A DNA stretch of 64,000 nucleotides, from assembly GCA_964016885.1 (NCBI GenBank), contig OZ024741.1:37820001-37884000 (forward strand), read 5' to 3'. The DNA comes from Eledone cirrhosa (taxonomy: Eukaryota). Positions 49,267-62,440 of this stretch are shown here, piece by piece (position 1 is the first letter of the stretch; each line of letters starts with the position of its first letter). The notes under the pieces are model-generated. The model searched no databases and was not told where the DNA came from. It worked only from the letters and a program-made list of their open reading frames with translations. The position numbers were made by a program, and so were the translations under genes.

Positions 49267-50114
49267 AAATGAAAGTGAAAAAAATAAGTTTGTATATATC
49301 TGTGTTTGTCTCTGTGTAAGTTTATGCGTACATTTATGTGTAAGTCTGTGTGTAAGTCTGTGTGTAAGTCTGTGTGTATGTGTGTGTATAAGTCTGTGTG
49401 TGATGTCTGTGTGTCCGTCTGTGTGTAAGTCTGTGTGTCTGTCTGTGTGTAAGTATGTGTATATATGTGTATAAGTCTGTGTGTGATGTCTGTGTGTCCG
49501 TCTATGTGTAAGTCTGTGTCTGTCTGTGTGTAAGTCTGTGTGATGTCTGTGTGTCTATTTTGTTTGTATGTCCTACATGTGTGTGTGTATGTGTGTAAAG
49601 GTGATGCTACGTGTGCAGGTGAAACTGTAGGAACGATGTTATGTATGAATGTGTCGGTGTGATGGGGTGTATGAGTGTGATGGCGTGTGTAGGTGTGATG
49701 GTATGTGTAGGTGTGATAGTGTGTGTGTAGGTGTGATTGTGTGTGTGTGTGTATAGTGGTGTGTATGTACATGTTCGACATTATGTGGATGTTAGGGTAT
49801 GTGTAGGCTTAACATTATGTGTGGGTGTGTGACAGTGTATGTGGATGTGATGGTATGTGTAGGTGTGACCGTGTGTACGGGGCTGATTGTGTGTGTGGGC
49901 AGGTTTGGTGGAATATATGTAGGTGTGGTGCTGTGTGTAGGCTTGATGTTCTGTGTGGGGTGTGATTGTGTGTAGTTGATGGTGTGTGGGTGTGTGTGAT
50001 GGTGTGTGATGGTGTGTGATGCTGTGCGTGTACCTGACAATATGTGTGTACTCACAGATGTTGAATAATCCTCCTCCCCCATCACTTATTAATTTTTCAT
50101 ACCCCCCCCCACTC

Positions 50115-50350
50115 GCTTATTTTGGCATTCCTATGGTAATGGTATGGCGGATGCCAAAGAACCATGCAGAAGTTTGTTACTTTTGTCTCTCAAAGACTTT
50201 TGGTTATAGCAAGAAAACTCGACAGAAAATAAGTTGCCCAAATCTGGATTCAGCAATTCGTCCCGTGCTTCTCTCAGATGAAGTACCAGTACCCGTTTAC
50301 ACAGAATTACCTTCACTGGAAGATGAAAGTGATATATTTGTATCTGATGA
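50115..50350 (+). mobile_element. Chapaev-like DNA-transposase N-terminal zinc-finger fragment
   Basis: FGIPMVMVWRMPKNHAEVCYFC...PNLDSAIRPV matches my recollection of the Chapaev 'PMVWREPxxHxxDCYFC' motif; family assignment not checked by search. Confidence 0.6.
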
Positions 50351-51477
50351 AAATCATAAACATATGAGTGGGATGGAGCTCGTTAAATCTGACCAGGGAA
50401 ACAATGCTTCCATTTGTCTTTCCATACTATCTACTGGTCGCAGCTCCTGGTAGAAAAAAAAGCAACGTGAAATAAAGTATCTTGCTCAATCACATCGCCC
50501 GGTCCGGGAATAGATCTCACAACCACACAATTGCCAATCCAATTCCCTGACGATTAAGCCACGCGCGTTCTCTCAAAGAAGAACTTCAATAGCTTTCATT
50601 AAATCTTAATTTAGATTATTTTGTCAACATCGTAAAACTTTCTTTAGTTTAAATCTAAGTTCGGCGTTTGTTATCTCTACTCTTTCTACATATCATTGGT
50701 AATATCATTGATTCTTTAACCTGAGAAATGTTTGGGGTTTCCTTTAGGGATGACAATGTGTTATTTTTAGTTATAAAAACCATAGCTCGTGGAAAGATAT
50801 CTTTTTCTCTGCACCCACTCCTCTGCGAATAATCCTCTCGCGGTAGGTTGAAACACATTCACGTCTAATGTGAGAATAAGATGCTACACTAAGATCTTTC
50901 AACTGATAATTACCACAAATAAATAAATAAATAGATAGATGTCTACTTTATTTATTTCACGGAGTTCTATGTAAGTTTTTTTTCCCGCTACGTTGTTGCC
51001 TATCATGGACGTTTCTCTGCGTTCTTTTCTTTACCTGCTTTATTTGTTAATATCAAGAGAAAGCTTACAGCTCTGTTGTTTCATGACACGATATGAAATC
51101 TCTACTGTCGATCTACATATGTTGATATGAAATAACTATATCGTTCCTGGGTGTTCTGCTGACTTTTCATGCGCCTTAAAGACACTTTAACCGATAAAAT
51201 CTCCCCCTTCTCTTTCTCTCGCTCACACACACTCTCTCCCTATCTTTCATACACACTATTTCTTTTTATTTTATTATACTTTTTGTGGAAAGTAGAAGTA
51301 AGAAAATTACCAGTTCAATCACTGCAAGATTGGATAAGAGTTTTCATGTATTAAATTTAGAATATATCTAAATTGTGTACCTCTCAGCTACATTACTAAT
51401 GTTCATTGAAACTGATGCCTTAAGCACCAGAAGCGATAAAATGAATTTTACTATGTGCACTTATATATATCTCAGAT

Positions 51478-51560
51478 AGGGTGTGGTAAAAACCAGGTAG
51501 CCCATAACCCACCAGAGTACTCGATACTTAGGTTAGTAGAGTGGGTAATATGAAAAGATA
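51478..51560. mobile_element. Family P1 tail fragment
   Basis: GTGTGGTAA...CATAAC...GAGTACTCGATACTTAGGTTAGTAGAGTGGGTAATA matches the P1 tail. Confidence 0.7.
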
Positions 51561-51655
51561 TATATATATACATATATTTGAAAAAAGGAAAAGTTAAGTC
51601 ATTCTTTTCCTCTTTTCAAATATACTTAACTGTACCAAGGATTTCACACATTTTT

Positions 51656-51722
<67 letters not shown>

Positions 51723-51765
51723 GGAAAACGAAGAATGAGTGATGCATCGGAACACAATATATTAG

Positions 51766-51856
51766 CGTATTACAATTGTTTCTCCGGCGAACAGCTCGAG
51801 GTACGATCTATTTGTGGATCGAACCTGACTCTGGATTCGCAAGTTCCTCAGATACG
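51766..51856 (-). ncRNA. Type I hammerhead ribozyme with a long stem II
   Basis: Stem I CGTAT/ATACG; CTGAGGA; extended stem II (GCGAA/TTCGC, AGGT/ACCT, CGATC/GATCG); GAAA; C-AATT-G; triplet GTA. Confidence 0.72.
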
Positions 51857-51956
51857 TCTAGTGACTTCGAAGCAAATCCTCTGTCTGTTGGACTCCGAAC
51901 CTTAGAATTTTTATCATCTGCCATCATCCTATTGGACGCATCCAAGCAACCTTACT

Positions 51957-51994
<38 letters not shown>

Positions 51995-52221
51995 AATTAA
52001 TATATCTAGTAACATATATATACATACAGATGCATATCAATGCTAGCAAATATATAGGTTTTGTCTTAGTAACTTTGTGGTTCAATGCATGGGGTTGCAG
52101 AACAATAATATGAGAGACGTAAAATAAGAAAATTATAAAATTAACTTACTTACTAAAATTTCACTCCCAACTAATTAGTTTCTGAAATGGAATAAATATA
52201 CTTTCCGAAGAAAATATGGAG

Positions 52222-52552
52222 AATCAGGTTGTTTTTTTCATATATGAGTGTTTGAATTTCTTTTTACTTAAAAAAAGGGGGGCTCACGAAGGCTTTTTTT
52301 TAATAAATGTAATTTGATTGGTTATAAATGAAATTATTTTCTGTCACGTGAACAAGTTTTCATTAAATTTCGCGCCCTTATTTTGAAATCTATTATGTAG
52401 CCTTTTTAGAGAATTTTATGACAAACAAAAGTTAATGGTCAAGAGAAATGGGATGGGAGAATTGTTCTGGTTCAGTGAATATGGTTAGTTCGCTGGGGTG
52501 TCAGAATTCAGATTTTCTATTGAAATAAAGAAAGTAAAGATATGTATGTTTA

Positions 52553-52620
<68 letters not shown>

Positions 52621-53205
52621 AATTTCTTTTTACTAAAAAAAAAGGGGCTCACGAAGGCTTTTTTTAAATAAATGTAATTTGATTGGTTATAAATGAAATT
52701 ATGACTGTCACGTGAACAAGTTTTCATTAAATTTCGCGCGCGTATTTGGAAATCTATTTTGTAGCCTTTTTAGAGAATTTTATGACAAGTAAAAGATAAT
52801 GGTCAAGAGAAATGGGATGGGAGAATTGTTCTGGTTCAGTGAATATGGTTTTTTTTAAGTAAATAGAAATTCAAACACTCATATATGAAAAAACAACCTG
52901 AGCCCCCCCCCCCCTTGTTTGAAGAACTTTATAACGCGAACTGGCGCGAAATTTATTATAATTATTGACCAACCAATCAAATTACTTCTCTAAAAACCTG
53001 GAGTTTCGAGCCACTTTTTTCCATATAAAACAAGTAACATTCAAAGACCAACCAGATGTGAGAAAAACCACAGACCCTCCATCTCAACTCTACTTTTAAA
53101 AAGCAGAAGAACTGCGAAACCGGTAAAGGAACCAAATAAATATATATATTTAAAAAAAAATAAGACTCCAGTTGCATTTTCGATTTCATCTTTTTTTTCT
53201 TTTTA
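52222..53205. mobile_element. Rearranged repeat block ending in a family P2 arm
   Basis: Direct repeat near 52250-52485 and 52613-52850; inverted repeat near 52225-52277 and 52850-52901; P2 arm at 53095-53200. Confidence 0.6.
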
Positions 53206-53367
53206 TATATATATATATATATATAATAGGTGCAAATATGCGATAATGAATGTGTCTAAAAACGTCCATAAGTATGTATATATATGTGAAAATGTATATA
53301 AATAAGTAAATATATATATATGTTTGATGTGTATAGTTAGATGTAAGTGTATTCATGTATTAAAGTG

Positions 53368-53454
<87 letters not shown>

Positions 53455-54153
53455 GTATATAGATGTGTATGTATGTGTATGTGTGTACACATGGACTAGA
53501 GTATGTATGTATATATGTGTATGTCTATACGTGTGTATATAAAGATAAGTTGAGTATGAAAATGTATACACATGAGCGCGTATGTATGTACATGAATACA
53601 TGTGTGTATATATATGTGTATGCATGTGTATATATATATGTAAGTATGAATATGTGAATTGTGAGTATATGTATTTTGTAGAGGTGTGCAAATATATGTG
53701 TGTATGAATGCGTGGGTGAAAGGATACGTACACTTGAAAGAAAAATTTAAGTCTGAATGTTAATTAAGTGCAAACACAAAACCAACCACGCATATCTTTA
53801 CTATCTCTAATCCTTCTATAGATTTAGAAAAATAACCAATAATATATTCTATAAAAAATGTCAAAACAACAGATGGGAATCTAATTACTCACTGCCACCA
53901 AGAATTCTCACTGCTATCGAAAAACCACTCCTTCAACTATTCTTCTAACAACTTCACCCCTCCCTCCTAATATTCTCTATAAAAACTAAATAGGTCCTCA
54001 GTAATATTATTCTGATGAAATGACAGTAAATAATAACATTGAAATATTGAATGTCTGCATAACTAAAAGTTTGTAGATAGCAGCTGTTTTAGGTTATGTA
54101 ACTGTTATAGAAACACGTGTCAATAAATTCCTTTCAACTAAACTGTATCCATT

Positions 54154-54233
<80 letters not shown>

Positions 54234-54349
54234 CGTGTATGTATATATGTATACATATGTATGCATATATGTGTATATATATATACGTATATATATATGT
54301 GAATATATGTATATATATTTATGTATATATATGTATATATACATACACG

Positions 54350-54383
<34 letters not shown>

Positions 54384-54393
54384 CTCGTAAATA

Positions 54394-54808
54394 GATAAAT
54401 TTCTTTATTAGCCACAAGGACACAAAAGAAGGGGTCAAATACAAATGTGGAGTTTACATACAGGTATATGAAAATAAAACTATTAATAAAATAACAAATG
54501 ACAATTGAAATCCCTAATAGGGGGGAGGCGTTACACAGGGGTTGTACACACCCCGAAAAAATGTACAAACCTCATCTCCAGGAGCACCAAGAGTGAGTAC
54601 TCCCTTCCTCTCTTCCCCTTTTTCCTCAACCTACAGGCTTATATAGAGAGAAGGCCCAACCACTCAGGCCATCTTTGCCACATTCACCCACCTTTTATAA
54701 AATTTGCTGGGGTACAGCACCTCTCTCTCCATCCTGATTCTTCTTCCAAAATGATATTTGAAAAAACGAATCAGTTGCTCGCCGGAGAGAAAGGTGTCTG
54801 ACCTCAGC
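54394..54808 (-). mobile_element. 5'-truncated Tx1-group LINE related to 767-6630, with TSD
   Basis: Minus strand encodes FFKYHFGRRIRMEREVL...FYKRW, matching the ORF2 C-terminus, and has a similar 3' UTR ending AATAAAGAAAT. ACTCGTAAATA is duplicated at 54383-54393 and 54809-54819. Confidence 0.9.
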
Positions 54809-55419
54809 ACTCGTAAATATATAGTAGCTAATCCAAATGACAGTTACTAAGAAATTCATGTGCATAAATTATTGTCTTTACCGTGTTCACCATAAAAGAT
54901 GGTTCCTTATTAGTTGTTTGTAAGCCAGTTTCCTATGGGATATACCGGATTTCGCGATAAAACCTGTTGGGAATTACTGCATAAATCCCTGAGAAGCACT
55001 TCAAACTTGTCTATGAGCAACTAAAATATCAGAGAGCCGATTTGCTGGAGGTTAACTTTATACAACTCCTTGACTTTCCCTAACCTTATTTTTTTAATCA
55101 GTCGCTCGGAGCGGACTTAAGACAATAACTCTTCTGTGACGACAGTTATAGATCTATAGCGTTGCCTCGGAAATGTAATATGCTGTCTGATGATCTCGTG
55201 TTACTGGTTGCGTAATTGAGCCACCACGTAGCCATGATCACCATTGAAATATGTATCAGAGCTTATTAATAAAGGATTTTTAAACATCTACATTGGACTT
55301 CGAATTTTCCACATTCTCTCTCTCTTTCGATATATAATCTAAATTGAGATCTTGGCATAAGTTTAATATGTTAAAATACTTCTCTGATATTTTATCTGTA
55401 TATTTTATCCATTCATTGA

Positions 55420-56690
55420 GATGGCAAAGTATTAGAGACAAATAATTTTGTTTACCTTGACTTTGCTAAAGCTTTCCATTATATGCCACACAAAAAACTT
55501 ATGGCAAAACTCTCTGCAAAGGGTGTGAAGGATGATCCTTTTAACTGGTTGAAGTCCTTCATTCTCAGTCGAAGAGAGGTAGTCACAGTTCTAGGACAGC
55601 ATTCCTCACCTTATGAGATGTCATCTGGTGTACCACAGGGATATGTTCTTGGCCCCCTTTTGTTTGTGGCATATATTAATGACATAGATGCCAACTTAAA
55701 AAATGCCACAGTACTGAAATATGCAGATGACATCAAGCTGTACCTTGAGATAAAAAGGACAGATCCTGAACACTATAGATCTTTCCTACAATCTAACCTG
55801 GACACAATGCAATAATGGATCACGGACTGGCAACTCAAGTTGGCTGTGGACAAGTGTACCACCATCCATTTTGGGAGTAAAAACTCAGCGTCCACATACT
55901 CCCTCCACAACACTAATATCAAGAAGTCTTCTTGTGAACGTGACCTGGGCATTATTGCCAGCAACGATTTGCGTTGGACGAAGCACGTCTCTAAAATTGT
56001 CAAGAACGCCGAGGGTGTCTTAGCATCACTCAGCAAGACCTTTGTCAGCCGCTCTCCAGCTAACTATTTAAAGCTGTATATAGCTATGGTGCGGCCACAC
56101 TTAGAATTTACATCACCAGTCAGGAATCCCTATCTTACTCAGAACATTGACCGCCCGAAAACTGTTCAGAGACGTGCAACCAAGCGAATACCCCCCATCT
56201 GGCATCTACCATACTCTGAACGCCTTACTTCCCTGGGCATCGATACATTGAATCTCTAACGTCTAGCAACGGACTTGGTAAACACCCACAAAATTATTAA
56301 CCATCTTGCCAGCAACAACCCTGAGCACCTTTTTGATTTACATGTGTCTAACACTCGTAGGCATGCCCACAAAGTAAGAAAAAAGCACAGCTCCCATGAC
56401 TTTCGGAAACATTTTTTCACGCTCATAGTTGCTGAAGCATGGAACAAACACCCCACATCAGTTATTAGCTGTCGAGACACTGCATCCTTTAAAACTTCCA
56501 TGCTTCCTCAGATTCGCCAACACTATACCTGATATCCCCCTCCATACACACGCACACATGTATTTCATGAATCGTACACTGTTAATTTTCCTGACATTTG
56601 TACATTATTCTATGTACTATACATGCATCTTTGATGAGTTGTAGTGCACCTGAGCACTGTACATAATAATTTCCTTATTATTATATTAAC
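55420..56690 (+). mobile_element. 5'-truncated CR1-like LINE (RT C-terminal half)
   Basis: YLDFAKAF, SGVPQGYVLGPLLF, YADD, ERDLG, VRPHLE and VQRRATK; premature stops; short (TAT)n-like tail. Confidence 0.88.
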
Positions 56691-56866
56691 CATTTCTTCA
56701 TTGTTGATTTAGACGGTTTTTTGCTGGTATTTCTTGCGTCATTATAAGCCTGCCTTATTGTCCCTATCTTAACTATAAGAAAGGAGTGCGGGACTGCGTC
56801 CAGAATATATTTTTTTACTCCGTTTGTAAAATAAGTTAGATTACTTTGACTAAATAATGAATGAAT

Positions 56867-58539
56867 TGTAGTGACCTACATTCCGCGGGCTCACATACAT
56901 TCTCTGTGCGTGATTTGGCTCAGCTCAGCCAATCAGCGCCAGTAGAAGAGGATGTATCCCTACGCGTTCTGAGGGAGAAATAGCCCGCAAAGATTTGAGG
57001 ACGCTATCACTTCCAGCTAGACCTTGCTGAGGTAAACACCACTTGTTCTTTTGCTCCGCCAGCACAAACAATATGTAACGACACAACAATTTTACTACGG
57101 AATTGGCTAAACGCCTCAGCCAGTCGACCGTATTTTCTCTTGTAATCTTAATTGATTTGTTTTATTTCTCTTGGCATGCTAGCTCAACCTTTGTTAATAA
57201 ATAATGTAAAAACAAGCTAAAGTCGTGGTCGATATTCCTATCATATCTTTCTACCAAACTGGTGGTTCCTCGTGGCAACATTACAACTCTCTAACAAATA
57301 CTTCTCCGCTAAATTGGTGACAACAACACTACCAAATTGGTGACCCTCGACGATTAAGTATGAAAACGCAGCCTATTTGAATTCGCCATTCGTTTTAATG
57401 GCTAGGTGGAGTGGCTTAACATTTGGAGTGTTCGAATCGGGTAGCTAGACTCACTTAGCGTAAGTCCATAAAATTCATAATATTCCATTTGTTGAAGCAC
57501 GCGGCCTGCACAATATTTCTGTCATAACTTTCATGGTAACACTAGTAACTCACGTATACAGACGAACAGAAAAAACCAACACAAAAAAAAATTAATTAAA
57601 AAGAAAAGGATTTCTCTGGATGTAGAATTTTGCTTTCGGCGTTCTGTTGAAATTACAAATGGAAACTCAGAAATTTTGTTTTCCCGCGTACAGCTTGTCT
57701 TCTCCAATCCCAGCCATCTGGTTGGCTGCATCGTGCCACATGACGGCTTCTTCATCACAGACACATTTTTCAATCGGCCATCTTGGATTTTCTTGCCGAA
57801 TAATTTTTTTTTATTATTCAAATTTTCTTTAGAATATTTTAGAAAAAAAGAAAAAATTAGCAGTATTTCAAAAACTTTTCGCCACGAGGAAATTTCAAAA
57901 CGGCTACCACCAAGTACCAGCCATCAGCAGCAACACATGGCTAACTATTAACCAACACCAGGGAACGACTTGTAACTTTACCGACGCAACCACCATACCT
58001 TCTGTCTCGTTACCACAAGCACTCGAGAAATTAAGACATTAGTTTTCTCACCATTATGGCGTCGGACGTGGCTGCCATGTTGGTGACGCTAGGTTCTTCA
58101 ACGCTCGACTTCTACTCTACAGAAGATTCATTGTGACTTTGCTTTAACAACAACTCTACTAGCTCCCTAGTAAGAGCGTTCCCAAAGAAAAAAGAAGCGA
58201 AACTTTTGGTTAAAAGAAAAGAAACAATTCTTTCTTTCTTCCTTTTTTTTTCAGGCATTTATTTTGGACATTTATTTTTTTTAAAACTGTATTATATGAA
58301 AATTCATTTCTCTCTATCATTGTATATGTGACCGCACGCACACATTTTCTTTGCTGTATTACATGCCTGCATATATACACACACCAACATGTTGTTGTCT
58401 ATAGTATATGATCTTCAAGCGTCGTAATATTCTGCGAGATCCCTTTTCACCTTTTGGAGGTACCAAAACATGCTATCTTTCTACCAAACTGGCAACCTTA
58501 CCAACTTCTAAACATAACTCCCTGCTAAAGAATATTACA
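56867..58539 (+). mobile_element. LTR retrotransposon remnant (LTR, PBS and degenerate interior)
   Basis: Starts TGTAGTG; contains CCAAT and AATAAA; PBS-like TGGTGACCCTCGACG at 57338 resembles the complement of the tRNA-Trp 3' end. ATCTTTCTACCAAACTGG recurs near 58476, and the segment ends in TTACA. Confidence 0.55.
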
Positions 58540-59089
58540 TAATTTATGTACTAAATTTCGTAACTCTAGATTAAATATATGTTATTGCTTATTTAAAGAT
58601 TCACTTCTTTAAAATTTTCAAATGTCAACACTTCCGGTTTATATCGTAACACTTATGAAAACATCGCATTTATTTCCGTCGCTAATTTTCTCCTAATGCA
58701 GTTTATATATAATATCGTCTTTCTTAAATGTATCATGGATCACTTTACTGATTGCAGAAGAGAGTGTAACATAGACTTCGTTCAATTTCTGTGCATATTG
58801 TTAATTACCCGAAGGGTGGTTTTTCTGCTAGTATATTTAAAGATATTTGTTCATTTTGGAGTTCAACAATACAACGTGTTGGACATCGTGCGATTTCGGC
58901 AACGAAATGGTTTGTATACTTTATGATTAATATCTTCTTTTCTTCTTAAGAATTGTCCCCTGATAAAATAATACGTTCTTCCAATATTGGTTGTTCCAAT
59001 AATTTGAAATAGCTAATATTGTTTCATAATTTTAGAAACCATGGTAGGGAGATGATTATATGAGTTAGACTAACTTATTTTGGCATAAG

Positions 59090-59131
<42 letters not shown>

Positions 59132-59133
<2 letters not shown>

Positions 59134-60299
59134 CGAAGGAAGTGTGGTAAGGAACCAGGTGGATCATAACGCACCAGAGTACTCAATACTTTGGGTAGTA
59201 GAGTGTGTAATAGGAAAATATTCAAGACCCCGACGGCAGAGCTCAAGCCGTTTCGACGGCTATTTCTGGACTAAATTAAATTTTTAGCGTGGTAGTAAAT
59301 AGCCGAATTTTTCAAGGGGTAATTCCTTATATGGGCGTGCGATAATGATCCATTTCAGAAGATTGTAGTTGTCAAAAGAATTGGTCAAAATTTCTTGTAA
59401 ACACAATTAAATATTTCATGGCGGTGGGTGGGGGTGGGTGGCTGAACTTGCCTGTAGAACAATGAGGGAGTGGGTTAAGCCGGTCAAGCGTTGAAAGTGA
59501 ATTCTATACAGCAAATTCTAAGGAGTGTGGAGTAATTAGGCTAGTTAGAAAGCAGGTGAAAAAAGAATTCTAGTGGAATCTGAGAGTGGGAAGTTATAAA
59601 ATTAAAAAATTAAAAAGTTAAAAAATTAAAATTAAAAGATTAAAAAATAATAATAAAAAATAAATAAAAAATAATATAAAAAAATTAAATAATAAAAAAT
59701 AATAAAAACTCGAGTCTAAAACAGCTGCTATATTTTTAGCTGGTATTGCGTTTTCGGCCAATGCTATATAGAATTTACGGGCGTGTGGGTACTGAGGGAC
59801 AAAAGCCCGATGAGCTGCCTCAGGGTAAGCGAAATATTATTTTTTATTTATTATTTTTTAATTTTTTAATTTTATTTATTAACTTTTTAATTTTTTAATT
59901 TTAATTTATTAACTTTTTAATTTTTTATTTTATAACTTCCACTCTCAGATTCCTCTAGAATTCTTTTTTCACCTGCTTTCTAACTAGCCTAATTACTCCA
60001 CACTTCTTAGAATTTGCTGTATAGAATTCCCTTTCAACGCTTGACCGGCTTAACCCCCTCCCTCATTGTTCTGGAGGCAAGTTCAGCCACCCACCCAACG
60101 CCATGAAAGATTTAATTGTGTTTACAAGAAATTTTGACCAATCCTTTTCAGAAATGCATCATTATCGCACGCACATATAAGGTATTCCTGCTTGAAAAGT
60201 TCGGCTATTTACTACCACGCTAAAAATCTAATTTAGTCCAGAAATAGCCGTCGAAACGGCTTGAGCTCTGCCGTCGGGGCTTTGAACATTTTCCTATTA
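59132..60299. mobile_element. Family P1 copy 4, long diverged inverted arms
   Basis: Same 78-nt tail (59132-59209); arms near 59208-59700 and 59835-60299; U3-A8 hammerheads near 59227-59320 (minus) and 60187-60280 (plus). Confidence 0.82.
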
Positions 60300-60318
60300 T
60301 ATATATATATATATAATA

Positions 60319-60618
60319 CAGTTGTCCCCTGATATTCGCACGACTTACGTTCCTAGAGCACCCGCGAATAGTGAAAAACCGTGAATATTGGACGTGGTCC
60401 ATAAAAATACTTATACACATCAAAACATAACGTAAAATATAGGCCGGCAAATATGGTATATTGTTATTAATAATTTAGTGTTAGAAGCGTGAAAAATATA
60501 TATTGCCCCGAAAAAAGCCATAAAAATTATGGCGGAAGATATTTACGATTCGGCGAGTATGTGGTGGTTTCCATGAACAATTATTAGTTAGGTTCTAAGG
60601 AAAATTGTCGGGGGTGAA

Positions 60619-60621
<3 letters not shown>
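60319..60621. mobile_element. pogo/Tigger-like MITE
   Basis: TA|CAGTTGTCCCC...GGGGTGAACTG|TA; homologous to 43726-44053. Confidence 0.78.
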
Positions 60622-60661
<40 letters not shown>

Positions 60662-60959
60662 CTTTGTGTGTGCATCATTTACTGGAGGAGACATTCATAA
60701 TAAAACAGTGCACCTCTATCCTACGGAATAGTAGAAGTAATTAGAAAGATGTAGCAGGGGAAATATCGTAGGAAAAATTGTCCTTTGATTTGTTATATGT
60801 ATTGAAGGAAGTAGTTGTTTGATATCAAAGGAAAGATTTTCATGAGAATTGGTTTTATAATATAAAGTGGGAGAAGTATGACCTCACGTGTGTATGCTGA
60901 GAGGTGAAACAGTCGAAGTAGTTTAGTCTCATGTTTGTCTTTCATGTGGTATCTATGGT

Positions 60960-61391
60960 TATTCTGAGTTCAAATCCCACCGAGGTTAGCTTTGCCTTTC
61001 ATCTTACAAGGTCGATTACCAGTAATGCTCTGGGGATCAATTTAATCGCCTTCCCTTCCCTCAGATTTGTTGGCCTTTTGCCTAAATCAAAAACCATTAA
61101 GCACTAGGGTCGATTTAAACGATTCCCCTCCTCTTCAAATTGCTGGCCTTGTGCCTAAAGTAGAAACAATTATTATTATCATTATCATTATATTCACTAG
61201 TAAGGCGGTGGATTGGAAGTATCGGTAGAATGTCGGACGCCATGCTTTGCAGGATAGAGTTACGGCCCTTTATGATCTGAGTTCAAATCCCACCGAGGTT
61301 AACTTTGCTTTCATCCTTACGGGGTCGATAAAATAAAGTACCAGTAATGTACTGCGTAATTGCTGGCCTTGTGCCAATAGTAGAAACAATT
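60960..61391 (+). mobile_element. Tandem family-A SINEs
   Basis: Partial copy at 60960-61170 and full copy at 61204-61391; further copies at 62450-62622 and near 62962-63045. Confidence 0.82.
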
Positions 61392-61499
61392 ATATGCACA
61401 AGTCTTTTTTAATGCAGACTTCCAATGCAGTAGGGAGAAGTAGCTGTGTGTTTTGAGAACATGGATTGCTTTGTTTTGTTTTGGTTTTGGATTGTCTAT

Positions 61500-62440
61500 T
61501 ATATTGACAGTATTTACTGCAGCATGTGTGCAGTGAGTAGTAATGTAGTAGTACTATTTTCTATGTTGCATAGATTTGGGAGTTATGGGATTTGGTTACG
61601 TATTTCTCTGTATGGTTTTTAGCCATTCCCAAGGCACCTATTATTATAGGGATTGTTTCTATATTTCTTTTCAGTAATAACATCCTGCTTATTTCTTTGT
61701 AGATCTTTATATTTGGATAATTTCTCCTTTGGGGGATACATTATCATCTGTTGGGATTGATTCGTTGATTAGGAAGGGCACTTCTTTTCCTGGTTGTCCT
61801 TGGCAACAGCATCCGGCATATTATCCTTGAGATCTTTGCCTGATTTAATCGGTAGGTCCCAGAATACGATAGCTATTTCATTATCTGAGTCACTTTCTGG
61901 TGTATGTGTTCACGCCATCTGTTTCTATTGGTATTTAATAATGCTGACAATTTCCAGTGTTTGAAAGTCGCAGATTTGTCATATCTGTGAATGTATTGTC
62001 TCTTGACTAAGCTCTGTGTGGGTCAACTGAAAACTCATAGGCTGATTATGAAGGAGTGATGCTAGAGCTGTGAAATCTCGCATGTGTTAATTTCAACTCT
62101 TCTTATTAATAACTGCATTGTTTCTTTCCAGAGACTATGCTGAGAAATAAACCTCATTTGGTTATTCCATGAGAGTATCTAGTCAGCCTATGAAGGAGTA
62201 ATGCTAGAGCTGTGAAATCTTTCATGCATTAATTTCAACTCTTCTTCTTAATAGCTGCATTGTTTCTTTCTAGAGACTATGCTAAGAAATAAACCTCATT
62301 TGGTCATTCCATGAGAGTATCTTGGTCAGTCTATGAATGTTTCAGCCGACTCTCGTATAGCCCTAAACAATTAGATTAATTGTTTCTTCTCCATCTTCAC
62401 ATATTCTGCAGTTACTTCGTGTATTTATTATACATCATTA
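61500..62440 (-). mobile_element. Degraded R4/Dong-like non-LTR fragment (RLE domain)
   Basis: Minus strand gives FWDLPIK...PD...SKYKDL...PIIIGALGM, typical of an RLE-bearing LINE C-terminus; internal tandem duplication of about 140 bp at 62045-62335. Confidence 0.65.

Noticed and set aside
54882-55020. Possible minus-strand host exon (TTTTAG|...ATGGTGAACACG|GTAAGA)
   Set aside because: Splice-like signals are present, but all three frames contain stops and no partner exon could be identified.
58625-58645. ETS-like ACTTCCGG as a promoter mark
   Set aside because: A single short motif with no associated gene; expected by chance.
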